Both the position numbers and the translations under genes were made by a program. A DNA stretch of 64,000 nt, from the IMG/VR virus record IMGVR_UViG_3300032074_000001, one strand, 5' to 3'. Below the pieces are notes generated by a model. That model was not told the origin of the DNA. It ran no database searches and saw only the letters and a list, made by a program, of their open reading frames with translations. Position 1 is the stretch's first letter; the number at the start of each line of letters is the position of its first letter. The stretch is from a virus. Its lineage: Duplodnaviria; Heunggongvirae; Uroviricota; Caudoviricetes. Shown here in pieces: positions 63,984 to 64,000 of this stretch.

Positions 63984-64000
63984 CGGCGTCCTCCTCAGCC

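Noticed and set aside
1-64000. CRISPR array, integrase or repressor
   Set aside because: No array of regularly spaced direct repeats. No ORF with tyrosine-recombinase (R..HxxR..Y) or serine-recombinase motifs and no CI-like repressor, so temperate lifestyle cannot be inferred from this window

Overview
High-GC (about 65-67%) double-stranded DNA with dense, short-overlap (ATGA/GTGA) gene packing and frequent GTG/TTG starts. It reads as most of a tailed (siphovirus-like) actinobacteriophage genome or prophage. No integrase, repressor, tRNA or CRISPR array was recognised. The layout is in three blocks. (i) 1-5.4 kb, + strand: small regulatory and DNA-metabolism genes, including winged-helix/HTH proteins, a tandem EEP-nuclease-fold protein, a RuvC-like resolvase, a WhiB-like regulator and a papain-like peptidase. 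(ii) 5.8-47.5 kb, + strand: the virion and lysis module. It holds a collagen-like fibre, two paralogous fibre proteins ending in DHxIY, a 1361-aa fibre/spike with a C-terminal S74 intramolecular-chaperone domain, and a lysis cassette (amidase endolysin flanked by about six small membrane proteins). These are followed by terminase large subunit, portal, a 1231-aa head protein, a MuF-like minor head protein, an XkdF-like prohead protease, scaffold, major capsid, connector/neck genes, a G/GT tail chaperone pair with a CCCTTTC -1 slippery site, a 2046-aa tape measure carrying M23 and SLT lytic domains, and five minor tail proteins. (iii) 47.6-64 kb, - strand: about 30 small early-type genes (several zinc-finger/Cys-rich proteins, an SPFH lipoprotein, a ParB-like nuclease, an AAA+ ATPase) punctuated by strong hairpin terminators that share a TTTCGTCGTTTC-type tail. 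The most unusual signal is a family of at least six small, basic, Gly/Ala/Arg-rich proteins scattered through the head module that all begin M-x-SAFGV[DE]HG[DE]xSK; the prohead protease and scaffold carry degenerate copies. I propose this as an undescribed capsid-targeting/protease-recognition propeptide on packaged internal proteins. The second notable signal is a conserved ~75-bp intergenic element (hairpin TTGACGGGAGAGG...CCTCTCCCGTCAA plus TATCACAAAC) next to terminators in the - strand block. The many long antisense ORFs in the track are GC-driven shadow ORFs and were rejected. Hairpin and motif coordinates were counted by eye and may be 1-2 nt off.
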